From Haloferax volcanii DS2 (GTDB taxonomy: Archaea > Halobacteriota > Halobacteria > Halobacteriales > Haloferacaceae): a stretch of DNA of 32,000 bases. Shown one piece after another: positions 18,279 through 26,052 of this stretch (within the stretch, counting starts at the first letter, position 1; every line of letters starts with the position of its first letter). The translations under genes and the position numbers were made by a program. The DNA lies in assembly GCF_000025685.1 (NCBI RefSeq), contig NC_013967.1, positions 2,790,001-2,822,000 of the forward strand. Reading direction: 5' to 3'. A model generated the notes under the pieces. The model did no database searches, was not told where the DNA came from, and worked only from the letters and a program-made list of their open reading frames with translations.

Positions 18279-18928
18279 AGAGCGTCGAACCCGAGGACGC
18301 CGAGGGGGCGGGAAACCCGGATGGGCCGGAGGAGTCGGATGCGTCGGCCACGGAGTCCGCCCTCGACCGCCCCGAGTGGGACGACGAGTACCTCGACCGG
18401 GCGGCCGAGCGGCTCATGTACAACTACGACTTGCAGCGGGAGTACGCCGTCCGCGGCGAGCGATTCGACCTGTTCGGCTCGATGCGGATGGAGGGCCAAA
18501 AGCAGTTCCTCCACCGGTCTATCAACTACGCCAACCACCACGCGATGGAGTACATGTTCGCGCGGCGGGTCGACGCGGCCACCGTCGCCGAACTCGAACG
18601 GCTCGTCGAACTGGGCCACGCGCTCGCCGACGAGTGGATAGAACCCGACGAGGAGCACTACGGGACGGAGTTCACGTTCGTGCTCGTCGCCGACGCGGTG
18701 CCGGAGGAAGTTCGGGCGTTCGTGTCCGACTTCGCGGACCGGACGCTCCTGAAGTTCGGCTACTACGGCCACTACGAGGTGAACCTCGCCGTCGTCGCGC
18801 CGAGCGACGAGGACGCCGCGGCGAGCCGCAACGCCGACTCGGTCGCCGCGTTCACGCTCTGGAGCGACGGCTCGCCGGCCGCCGCAGACGGACTGTTGGA
18901 CCGACTCCTCGGGAAGCTGCGTCGGTGA
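18275..18928 (+). CDS. Hypothetical protein (217 aa), translationally coupled to the cupin gene.
   Basis: Track ORF. ATGA overlap with the cupin stop (18275-18278). Acidic disordered N-terminus followed by a globular region. No family is recognised. Confidence 0.7.
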   Translation: MKSVEPEDAEGAGNPDGPEESDASATESALDRPEWDDEYLDRAAERLMYNYDLQREYAVRGERFDLFGSMRMEGQKQFLHRSINYANHHAMEYMFARRVDAATVAELERLVELGHALADEWIEPDEEHYGTEFTFVLVADAVPEEVRAFVSDFADRTLLKFGYYGHYEVNLAVVAPSDEDAAASRNADSVAAFTLWSDGSPAAADGLLDRLLGKLRR

Positions 18929-18933
18929 AAAAA
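18928..18933 (-). terminator. T6 run (minus strand) 30 nt downstream of cstA.
   Basis: Complement of AAAAAA at 18928-18933. Convergent with the end of the 18275..18928 gene. Confidence 0.45.
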
Positions 18934-18962
18934 GCGGCGTCGGAACGGCGAACGGTCGCGCG

Positions 18963-20786
18963 TCAGTCGTCGCTCGGCTGCGGCCGACCGCCGCGACCGC
19001 CACCGCCGCCCGAACTCCGGGCGTCTTTGATGTTGTCGTAGCCGATTTTCACCAGCGACAGCGCCAGATAGACGAGCACCAGCGCGAGGACGATTTGGAC
19101 GACCGCCGACACCATCGCGAAGGTGCCCGCCGAGGCCATCCACTCGGGGTTCATGAACTTCGCGTAGACGTTGTCGTGGAACGCGAGCCACAGCAGGCCC
19201 AGCGACGTGATGGTCGTCATGAGAGCCATCGGCAGGCCCGTGCTGAGAAGCTGCTTGGAGTCGTCCCAGTTGGCGAGCCAGACGGTCGCGGTCAGGAGCG
19301 CCAGCGCGGCGAGCAGCTGGTTCGCGCCCCCGAACAGCTGCCAGAGCGTCAGCCACGAGCCGCTCGTGATGAGGATGTACGCCGGCAGCGACTGCACGAA
19401 CGCGTTGCCGTAGCGGTTGGTCGCGAACTCCTCGACCGGCGTCTCGGGCGTCCCGACGATTTCCTCCATCATGTAGCGACCGAGGCGAACCGCGGTGTCG
19501 GTCGAGGTGAGGAGGAAGCTGACCAGCACGAGGGCCATGAACGGCCCGCCGAAGTCAGTCGGGATGCCGAAGCTCGACAGGATGACGCCGCCGCCCGCGG
19601 CGAACGTCGGCAGCGCGAGGCCGATACCGCCGCCCACGTCGGGCGCGATGATGGCGACCGTCGCCAGCGCGACGGTGGCGAGGAGGCCCTCACCGAGCAT
19701 GCCGCCGTAGCCGATGACGCGCGCGTCGGACTCCTTGTTCAGTTGTTTCGAGGTCGTGCCCGACGAGACGAGCGAGTGGAACCCGCTGATGGTCCCGCAG
19801 GCGATGGTGATGAACAGAAGCGGGAACAGCGGCGCGCCGGAGCGCCCGATGAACCCGTAGTACGGTTCGAGGTTCGTCACGAGCGGCTGGGTCGGGTTCG
19901 TGAAGAACGTGCCCACGACGATAGCGACGAGCGCGCCGCCGACGCCCGCGTACAGCAGGAACGACGAGAGGTAGTCGCGCGGTTGCAGGAGCACCCAGAC
20001 CGGGAGGGCGCTGGCGATGGCCCCGTAGACGAGGATGAGCGGCACCCACGCCGCGGTGTTCCCGTTGAACGAACTCGCGCCCGGGAGCCACGAGCCGGAG
20101 CCGGAGAACAGGACGAACGTCTCGGCGGGCGCGCGGGCCGCGGGCTCGAACAGCGCAATCGGGAACTGAATCCCCGCGTAGACGCCGACGAACATCGCCA
20201 CGACGAAGACGGCCGTCCCGAGCAGGAACGGGAGGTTCAGTTGGTAGAGGTAGACGCCGAACAGCACCGCGAGGACGATGTACACCAGACTCGCCGTGGC
20301 GGCCTCCGGATAGGCGTTGAACACGATGGCCACCACGAGGGCGAACACCGCGACGACGAGGACGATGGTGAGAAACGCGAACCACAACAGCATGTTCTTG
20401 CCGCGCTCGCCGACGTACTCGCCGATGATGTAGCCGATAGACTTCCCGTCGTGTCGCAGACTGCTCGACAGCGACACGAAGTCGTGAACGCTCCCGAGAA
20501 GCGGGTTGCCGATGGCGATCCACGCGAGCGCCGGGAGCCAGCCCCACACCACGCCCGCCGTAATCGGCCCGACAATCGGCGCGCCGCCCGCGATGCTCGA
20601 ATAGTGATGCCCCAGTAACACCGGCTTTTTCGCCGGAACGTATTCTTGGCCGTCTTCGTACTTGTGCGCTGGCGTCTCACGACTGTCGTCGAGTTCGACG
20701 AACTGCGCGAGATATCGGGAGTAACCGAGATACCCGACGGTAAACAACGCAAGCACCGTGACGACCAACCAGATGACTTGTACCAT
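18963..20786 (-). CDS. cstA: Carbon starvation protein A family transporter (CstA; peptide/pyruvate uptake family).
   Basis: Track ORF 18963..20801 with many TM segments. Characteristic N-terminus PAKKPVLLGHHYSSIAGGAPIVGPI and GNPLLGSVHDF. ATG 20786 is preferred over GTG 20801; either is possible. Confidence 0.9.
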   Translation of the reverse strand: MVQVIWLVVTVLALFTVGYLGYSRYLAQFVELDDSRETPAHKYEDGQEYVPAKKPVLLGHHYSSIAGGAPIVGPITAGVVWGWLPALAWIAIGNPLLGSVHDFVSLSSSLRHDGKSIGYIIGEYVGERGKNMLLWFAFLTIVLVVAVFALVVAIVFNAYPEAATASLVYIVLAVLFGVYLYQLNLPFLLGTAVFVVAMFVGVYAGIQFPIALFEPAARAPAETFVLFSGSGSWLPGASSFNGNTAAWVPLILVYGAIASALPVWVLLQPRDYLSSFLLYAGVGGALVAIVVGTFFTNPTQPLVTNLEPYYGFIGRSGAPLFPLLFITIACGTISGFHSLVSSGTTSKQLNKESDARVIGYGGMLGEGLLATVALATVAIIAPDVGGGIGLALPTFAAGGGVILSSFGIPTDFGGPFMALVLVSFLLTSTDTAVRLGRYMMEEIVGTPETPVEEFATNRYGNAFVQSLPAYILITSGSWLTLWQLFGGANQLLAALALLTATVWLANWDDSKQLLSTGLPMALMTTITSLGLLWLAFHDNVYAKFMNPEWMASAGTFAMVSAVVQIVLALVLVYLALSLVKIGYDNIKDARSSGGGGGRGGRPQPSDD

Positions 20787-20920
20787 GGTACGCTGCCCCA
20801 CTCGGTGACACGAAAATGCCCACCTTAACGTTAACGATAGATAGGAATGTATCGTGTTCGAACGACAGGTTCAATCGCCGAGGTGACCGAAAATTCTCAC
20901 CGTGCGGTCGGTTTACCGGC

Positions 20921-21886
20921 TCACTGAACGTCGGGCGCGGTGTCGATGTCGAGTTCGGCCGCGACCTCGCCGAGGAAGTCGCCTTTGACTTCGGCCACCC
21001 GCGTCTCGACCGCGGCGACGAGCGGCGGTGAAAAATTCTCGCGGAGGCCGTCGAGGTGCTCTCGTTCTGTCTTGACTCGCTCGCGCAAGAACGTCGCGCC
21101 CCGCCCGGACTCCTCGGGGTCGGGTTCGGGCGTGAGGCGGTTGACCGCGAGGCCGCGCACGTCGAGGCCGTAGTCGTCGAGTTGGTCGATGGCGCGCTCG
21201 GTCTCCCGGAGCGAGAGTTCGTCGGGGTTCACGACGAGGAAGAACGCGGCGTCGTCCCGAAGCGTCTCCTTGGCGAACGAGAAGTCGTCGCGGCGCTGTT
21301 CGAGGCGGGCGATGATGGGGTCGCCGTCCATCATCCGCCGGGGTTCGTTGTTGCCGATGGCCGCGCGCTCGAACAGTTTGACCGACTCCTTTCGCTTGTG
21401 GAGGAGCCGCTGAATCCAGCCGTCGAGGTACTCCGGCAGCGAGAGCAGTCGGAGCGTCCCGCCGGTCGGCGAGGTGTCGAAGACGACCCGGTCGTACTCG
21501 TCCGCGGAGCGCATCACGTCGATGAAGCGGTCGAACAGCGCCGACTCGTACGCGCCGGGCGTCTGGTGGGCCATCTCTATCTGTCGGTCGATTTCGTTGA
21601 CCATCGCGGGGCTGACCTGGTCGCCCATCGCCCGCTTGGTCTCCATGAGGTGCTCGCGGACCTCGGTCTCGGGGTCGATTTCCATCGCGTCGAGGTTCGG
21701 TTCGTCCGCGACGGCCGCGGGCTCGTCGGTGAACGACTGGTCGAACACGTCGCTCGTGCTGTGGGCCGGGTCGGTCGAGACGAGGAGCGTCCGGACGCCG
21801 TCGCGGGCGCACTTGACCGCGTAGGCGCTGGACATCGTCGTCTTGCCCACGCCGCCTTTGCCGCCGAAGAAGACGAATTTGCGCAT
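20921..21886 (-). CDS. arsA: ArsA/Get3-family (SIMIBI class) ATPase.
   Basis: Deviant Walker A FFGGKGGVGKTT, switch region VSTDPAHS, and Met-rich helices HLMETKRAMGDQVSPAMVNEIDRQIEMAHQ. Single ATPase domain of 321 aa. No CXXC pair. Confidence 0.88.
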   Translation of the reverse strand: MRKFVFFGGKGGVGKTTMSSAYAVKCARDGVRTLLVSTDPAHSTSDVFDQSFTDEPAAVADEPNLDAMEIDPETEVREHLMETKRAMGDQVSPAMVNEIDRQIEMAHQTPGAYESALFDRFIDVMRSADEYDRVVFDTSPTGGTLRLLSLPEYLDGWIQRLLHKRKESVKLFERAAIGNNEPRRMMDGDPIIARLEQRRDDFSFAKETLRDDAAFFLVVNPDELSLRETERAIDQLDDYGLDVRGLAVNRLTPEPDPEESGRGATFLRERVKTEREHLDGLRENFSPPLVAAVETRVAEVKGDFLGEVAAELDIDTAPDVQ

Positions 21887-21887
21887 G

Positions 21888-22229
21888 TTAGAAGTGGTAC
21901 TGGTGACCTTTGCGTTCGAGGAGGGACCCGCGGTCCCACATCCGCCGCTCCCACGCCTCGAACTCGTCTTCGAGATAGGGGAGCAGTTCGGCGGTGTAGT
22001 ACGAGATGGGCGAGGGGATGCCGAACGCGTCGGGGAAGCACGCGAGCATGAACGCGTCCTCGTCGTCCTCGGCCTGCTGTTCTATCTTCTCGTAGGCGGG
22101 GTGCGAAATCATCCCGTGGTAGAGGCCGCGGAGCCACTCTTCGACGAGTTCGCGGAAGGATTCGATGCGCGCGGCGAGCGTCATCAGTTTACACACTCGC
22201 CCGCTGTCGGACAAAAGGGTATCGTTCAC
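21888..22229 (-). CDS. Small acidic hypothetical protein immediately upstream of the ArsA/Get3 gene, in the same operon.
   Basis: Track ORF of 113 aa starting at GTG 22229. Its stop TAA (21888-21890) lies 1 nt from the arsA start. The TATA palindrome at 22254-22263 lies 24 nt upstream of GTG 22229. The alternative ATG 22184 would give 98 aa (MTLAARIESFRELVEEW...). Confidence 0.6.
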   Translation of the reverse strand: MNDTLLSDSGRVCKLMTLAARIESFRELVEEWLRGLYHGMISHPAYEKIEQQAEDDEDAFMLACFPDAFGIPSPISYYTAELLPYLEDEFEAWERRMWDRGSLLERKGHQYHF

Positions 22230-22253
22230 GAACGTCCGCGCTGGTTACCTGCG

Positions 22254-22263
22254 ATTTCATATG
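22254..22263. promoter_or_regulatory. Shared bidirectional TATA element (ATTTCATATG) between the ArsA operon and the COG0523 operon.
   Basis: It is centred between GTG 22229 (minus, 24-nt spacer) and ATG 22286 (plus, 22-nt spacer). It contains the palindrome CATATG. Confidence 0.5.
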
Positions 22264-22285
22264 TGCGGCCCCGGTAGGCCCGCTC

Positions 22286-23611
22286 ATGAACGCGGGGGAG
22301 ACGATTCCGGTGACGGTGCTGGGCGGGAGTCTCGGGGCGGGCAAGACGACGCTACTCAACCACCTGTTGACGAACGCCGGCGACCGCGACATCGCCGTGC
22401 TCGTCAACGACATGGGCTCCGTGAACGTCGACGCCGAACTCGTCGCCGAGGAGTCCGACCTCGCGGTCGGCGGCGGCGTGACCGAACTGTCGAACGGCTG
22501 CATCTGCTGTGAGCTACAAGACGACCTCGAAACCGCGGTCGTCCGCCTCGCGCGCGAGCGGTCGTTCGGCCACCTCGTCGTGGAGGCGTCGGGCGTCTCG
22601 GAGCCCGGCCCGGTCGCTCGACTGTTCGTCACCTCGCGGGCGGCCGCCCGCTACGACGTGGCCGGCCTCGCCACGGTCGTCGACTCGCGGCTGTTCGCGG
22701 ACACCTTCGGCGGCGGCGACCCGGACCGAACCGTCGCCGAGGAGGGAGACGGCTCGGTGCGCCCGCTGTCGGACCTCCTCGTCGAGCAGGTCGAAAGCGC
22801 CGACCTCGTCGTCCTCAACAAGCGCGACCTCGTCTCCGACGCGGAGCTCGGGGCGGTCCGCGACGCGGTCGAGGCGCTCCGCCCCGGCGCGACCGCGGTG
22901 GAGACGGACCACGGCGACGTGGACGTGGACCTGCTCCTGTCGGACTGCCACGACCCCGACGCGCCCGTCGGCTGGCGGGCGGCGCTGGAGGGCGAAACGG
23001 CCCACGATGACGGCGACGAGGGCGACCGCGGCCGCGACGAACGCGCGGACGCAGACCGCGATGACTACGGCCACGGCCATACCCACCACGACGACCACGA
23101 CCACGACGAAACGCCCCACGCCGAGGCGACCTACGGCGTCACGTCGTTCGTCTACCGCCGCCGCGCGCCGCTGGACCCCGACGGCGCGGCCGCGGTGCTG
23201 GGCGACCTCCCCGACTCGGTCGTTCGCGCGAAGGGGTCGCTGTGGGTCGCCGGAGCCGAGGACGTTCACTACACTTACAGTCAGGCCGGGCCGTCGGCGT
23301 ACGTCGCCGCCGCCGGCCCGTGGGTCGCCTCCCGACCCGAGTTCGAACAGGACACCTACCGCCGCAACCACCCCGACTTCGACTGGCACGACGACCACGG
23401 CGACCGGCGGACCGAACTGGTGTTTATCGGCCGCGAGATGGACGAAGACGCACTCGCGGCCGCGCTCGACGCCCACCTGCTCGACCCCGGCACGTCCGCG
23501 GACGCCGGCGACTTCCCGACCGACCCCGGCGAGGAAATCGCGCTCGCGGAGCCGACCCGGGAACGCGAGTCGGTTCCGACCGCGGGCGCGGTCCCGGAGG
23601 GCCGACGATGA
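22286..23611 (+). CDS. COG0523 (CobW/YjiA/ZigA-type) G3E-family metallochaperone GTPase with a His/Asp-rich insert.
   Basis: P-loop GGSLGAGKTTLLN, metal-binding GCICCE (CXCC), and NKRD specificity motif (VVLNKRDL). His/Asp-rich stretch DDYGHGHTHHDDHDHDETPH (about nt 22994-23125). CobW C-terminal-like region follows. Confidence 0.9.
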   Translation: MNAGETIPVTVLGGSLGAGKTTLLNHLLTNAGDRDIAVLVNDMGSVNVDAELVAEESDLAVGGGVTELSNGCICCELQDDLETAVVRLARERSFGHLVVEASGVSEPGPVARLFVTSRAAARYDVAGLATVVDSRLFADTFGGGDPDRTVAEEGDGSVRPLSDLLVEQVESADLVVLNKRDLVSDAELGAVRDAVEALRPGATAVETDHGDVDVDLLLSDCHDPDAPVGWRAALEGETAHDDGDEGDRGRDERADADRDDYGHGHTHHDDHDHDETPHAEATYGVTSFVYRRRAPLDPDGAAAVLGDLPDSVVRAKGSLWVAGAEDVHYTYSQAGPSAYVAAAGPWVASRPEFEQDTYRRNHPDFDWHDDHGDRRTELVFIGREMDEDALAAALDAHLLDPGTSADAGDFPTDPGEEIALAEPTRERESVPTAGAVPEGRR

Positions 23612-23841
23612 GCGGCGAGTCGGAGCGGGCCGGCGGCGACGACGAGAAGCGCGGCGAGGAGATAGAGTGGGGCGAGGGCGACCCGCGGGTGCTGTTCGTG
23701 ATGAATCTCGTCCTCTCGACCGTGTTCGCGGCGGTGGTCGTCTACGGCCTCTCGTACATCGACCTCGCGGCCTTCTCGGTCGTCAACGTCGCGTCGGCGG
23801 CGCTCGTGCTCACGGCGGTCACGTACCTCGTGACGAACTGA
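23608..23841 (+). CDS. Small two-TM membrane protein (77 aa), translationally coupled to the COG0523 GTPase.
   Basis: MSGESERAGGDDEKRGEEIEWGEGDPRVLFVMNLVLSTVFAAVVVYGLSYIDLAAFSVVNVASAALVLTAVTYLVTN. ATGA overlap with the GTPase stop (23608-23611). It is the in-frame tail of the otherwise Arg-rich track ORF 23242..23841. Confidence 0.6.
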   Translation: MSGESERAGGDDEKRGEEIEWGEGDPRVLFVMNLVLSTVFAAVVVYGLSYIDLAAFSVVNVASAALVLTAVTYLVTN

Positions 23842-23850
23842 AACCGCGGG

Positions 23851-23867
23851 ATGGGTCACCGACCCAT
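23851..23867 (+). terminator. Hairpin ATGGGTC-acc-GACCCAT 10 nt after the small membrane protein gene.
   Basis: Perfect 7-bp stem with a 3-nt loop. No following T-run, so terminator function is uncertain. Confidence 0.3.
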
Positions 23868-23949
23868 TCTCCGCGTGAACTACCCGCAGGCGACCGCTGG
23901 CGGCCGATAGCCGCATTTATGTCCTTCGGGAAACCGCCTTCTCAGTAAG

Positions 23950-24630
23950 ATGCCCATCGAAGACCGAGACGACGCGTACCTCATCACGCACGCGCTGGCG
24001 AAGGACACGCTCTCGCGCCTCCGGGACGTGGAGACGACGCAGGTCGCCTTCCGGAAAGGCCTCGTCAAACTCGGCCGCATCTGTGGCTACGAGATAATCG
24101 ACGGCGCGATGGAGACCGAATACGTCACCATCCAGACCCCGCTCGCGGAGACGACCGGCGAGCGCGTGAAAGGGCTCGACAACGTCGTCATCATCAACGT
24201 GCTCCGCGCCGCGACGCCGTTCGTGGAAGGGCTGCTCAAGGCGTTCCCGCGGGCGAAGCAGGGCGTCATCTCCGCCGGCCGCGACGAGGAGGCGGGGATG
24301 GACGACGACGGCGGCTTCCCCATCACCATCGACTACGTGAAGCTCCCCGAAATCACGGAGAAAGACACCGTCATCGTGGCGGACCCGATGCTCGCCACCG
24401 GCTCGACGATGTGCTCGGTCCTCGACCACATCCTCGAAAACGCCGGCGTCGACCCCGAGAAGCTGTTCGTCCTCTCGGCCGTCTCCGCGCCCGACGGCCT
24501 GCTCCGCGTCGACAACGAGTTCCCGGAGGTCGACCTGCTGACGGTCGCCATCGACGACTACCTCGACGACGACGGCTACATCGTCCCCGGTCTGGGCGAC
24601 GCCGGCGACCGCGCGTTCCGCACGACGTAA
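23950..24630 (+). CDS. upp: Uracil phosphoribosyltransferase.
   Basis: Track ORF of 226 aa. PRPP-binding loop [15 protein letters not shown] and C-terminal uracil-binding [14 protein letters not shown]. Confidence 0.92.
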   Translation: MPIEDRDDAYLITHALAKDTLSRLRDVETTQVAFRKGLVKLGRICGYEIIDGAMETEYVTIQTPLAETTGERVKGLDNVVIINVLRAATPFVEGLLKAFPRAKQGVISAGRDEEAGMDDDGGFPITIDYVKLPEITEKDTVIVADPMLATGSTMCSVLDHILENAGVDPEKLFVLSAVSAPDGLLRVDNEFPEVDLLTVAIDDYLDDDGYIVPGLGDAGDRAFRTT

Positions 24631-24687
24631 CTCGGTCTCGTCTCGTCTCGCCCCGCCTCGCCCCGCCTCGTCGCGTCACGGCTCGCG

Positions 24688-24706
24688 GGCGGTCGCGACG
24701 ACCGCC
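24688..24706 (+). terminator. GC-rich hairpin GGCGGTCG-cga-CGACCGCC downstream of upp.
   Basis: Perfect 8-bp stem with a 3-nt loop, 58 nt after the upp stop. A second inverted repeat GGTAAC-gactaa-GTTACC follows at about 24719-24736. Confidence 0.3.
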
Positions 24707-24790
24707 GGCCCGGATTCGGGTAACGACTAAGTTACCGCCCGCGCACCTCCGACGCATGGACGAACCTCGCGCCGCCGGAGGGTGCCGACG

Positions 24791-24994
24791 ATGAGCGACC
24801 CGTGCGACGGCTGTGGACGAGCGGTCGAAGACGCCCTCGCTCGTGCGGTCCAGTTACAGGTCGACGGCTCGACCGTGGACGACCAGCGGCTCTGTCCGAC
24901 CTGTTTCGCGGACTGGATCACCCAGTACGAAGAACAGATGTCGCCCAAGCGGTCGTCGGACGACTCGACGGATTCCGAGATAATCGTCGACTGA
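24791..24994 (+). CDS. Small zinc-finger protein (67 aa; CDGCG...CPTCF).
   Basis: Track ORF 24782..24994. ATG 24791 is preferred over GTG 24782. Two CxxC pairs are 32 residues apart, followed by an acidic tail. This is typical of haloarchaeal zinc-finger micro-proteins. Confidence 0.65.
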   Translation: MSDPCDGCGRAVEDALARAVQLQVDGSTVDDQRLCPTCFADWITQYEEQMSPKRSSDDSTDSEIIVD

Positions 24995-25000
24995 CGGCGT

Positions 25001-25218
25001 CGGGTCGGGGGCGTGTCTCCCACGACCACGTAGACCCCCTCTTTTCGGGTCGAGAAACGATTCCCCTCGGCGGGTTTTCGTTCGAGTCGAACGTCCCGAA
25101 CCGAACCCCCGTAGACTACTGTGAGAGACTGTTACAAGGGGTGCGGCGGGGTCGACACCCGAGTCCGCGAACCCCTTCGTTTCGGGTCGAAGCCCCGCGG
25201 GCTCGCGGGTCGGGGGCG
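25001..25218. repeat. Exact 13-nt direct repeat CGGGTCGGGGGCG (25001-25013 and 25206-25218) bracketing an intergenic segment with internal CCCCT..TTTCGGGTCGA motif copies.
   Basis: Motif copies ACCCCCTCTTTTCGGGTCGAG (25034-25054) and ACCCCTTCGTTTCGGGTCGAAG (25171-25192), plus a degenerate copy near 25062-25094. Confidence 0.6.
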
Positions 25219-25278
25219 AAAAGGAAACGGAGAGAGCGCCGACGCGCCGAGGGTCGTCGAATCGGACCGACGGCCGTG

Positions 25279-25911
25279 CTACTCGATGTTCGCGCGGCCG
25301 CTGGTCGCGCTCCGGATGCGGTCGCGGAGCTCCGGGCCGTCCTCGACGGGGACGCGAACCTCGAAGGACACGTCGGCCTCGTAGGCGGCCTCGAACTCGA
25401 CGCCCGCGCTTTCTAACAGCCCGCGAACGCTCCCCGAGTCGTCGTACTCGACGGTTACGGTGAACCGCTCGTGGGGAATCTCCTCGACGACGCCCGCCGC
25501 GTCGAGCGCTTCTTTCACGGCCCGGGAGTACGCGCGGGCGAGGCCGCCGACGCCGAGGTTGGTGCCGCCGTAGTAGCGCGTCACGACGGCGGCGACGTTG
25601 CGCACGTCCTGCTGGACGAGGACGTTGAGCGCCGGTTTCCCCGACGAGCCGCTCGGCTCGCCGTCGTCGCTCTGGTACTCGCGGAGCATGACGCTCCCCT
25701 CGCCGGGGACCGACGACGAGGCCGACCCCGCGGGCACCCGGTAAGCGGGGACGTTGTGGGTCGCGTCGGGGTGGCGCTCCTCGATTTCGGTGACGAACGC
25801 CTCCGCCTCCTCGACCGTCTCCGCGGGGGAGACGTAGCCGATGAACTCCGAGCCGTTGACCTCGAAGCGGGCGTCGCTCCGGCCGGCGACGGTTCGATAG
25901 GCGTCGGTCAT
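25279..25911 (-). CDS. IMPACT/YigZ (UPF0029) family protein.
   Basis: In-frame part of track ORF 25279..26004 from MTDAYRTVAG. FIGYVSP, HNVPAYRV, SDDGEPSGSSGKPAL and VVTRYYGGTNLGVGGL are the family hallmarks as I remember them. Confidence 0.8.
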   Translation of the reverse strand: MTDAYRTVAGRSDARFEVNGSEFIGYVSPAETVEEAEAFVTEIEERHPDATHNVPAYRVPAGSASSSVPGEGSVMLREYQSDDGEPSGSSGKPALNVLVQQDVRNVAAVVTRYYGGTNLGVGGLARAYSRAVKEALDAAGVVEEIPHERFTVTVEYDDSGSVRGLLESAGVEFEAAYEADVSFEVRVPVEDGPELRDRIRSATSGRANIE

Positions 25912-26052
25912 GCCACCGAGTTGGCGTCGCGGCGTGGAAAAGCGTTCGCACCGTGTCGTCGGCGCACCGACGCGGGCGGCGAGGAGGGCAAGCGACGCGA
26001 CCAACGGGGAGCGACGGCGACGGCGACGGGGATTCGAACCGGAATCGACGCG

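Noticed and set aside
22509-23948. 479-aa plus-strand ORF rich in Thr/Arg/Pro, overlapping the COG0523 gene out of frame.
   Set aside because: It is an alternative frame of a gene with clear GTPase motifs. Its repetitive TTTT/RRRR content reflects the His/Asp-rich codons read out of frame.
24631-24680. Short tandem repeats after upp (TCGTCTCG TCTCG; GCCCCGCCTC twice); a CRISPR or microsatellite was considered.
   Set aside because: There are only two copies of a 10-nt unit with no spacers. This is low-complexity 3' UTR sequence, not an array.
24802-25416. Track ORFs 24802..25416 (+), 25121..25384 (+) and 24854..26086 (-) across the long intergenic region.
   Set aside because: They are Arg/Gly/Pro-rich with no codon-position bias. 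They overlap the zinc-finger and IMPACT genes out of frame.
26026-26045. GGGGATTCGAACCGG, which resembles the complement of a tRNA T-arm (GGTTCGAATCC); possible tRNA or tRNA-fragment att site.
   Set aside because: The flanking bases do not form a T-stem (TCCGG versus CCCCG). No acceptor, D or anticodon arms can be drawn on either strand. The motif is part of a simple GATTC-gaaccg-GAATC hairpin just downstream of the Cys-rich small ORF stop.
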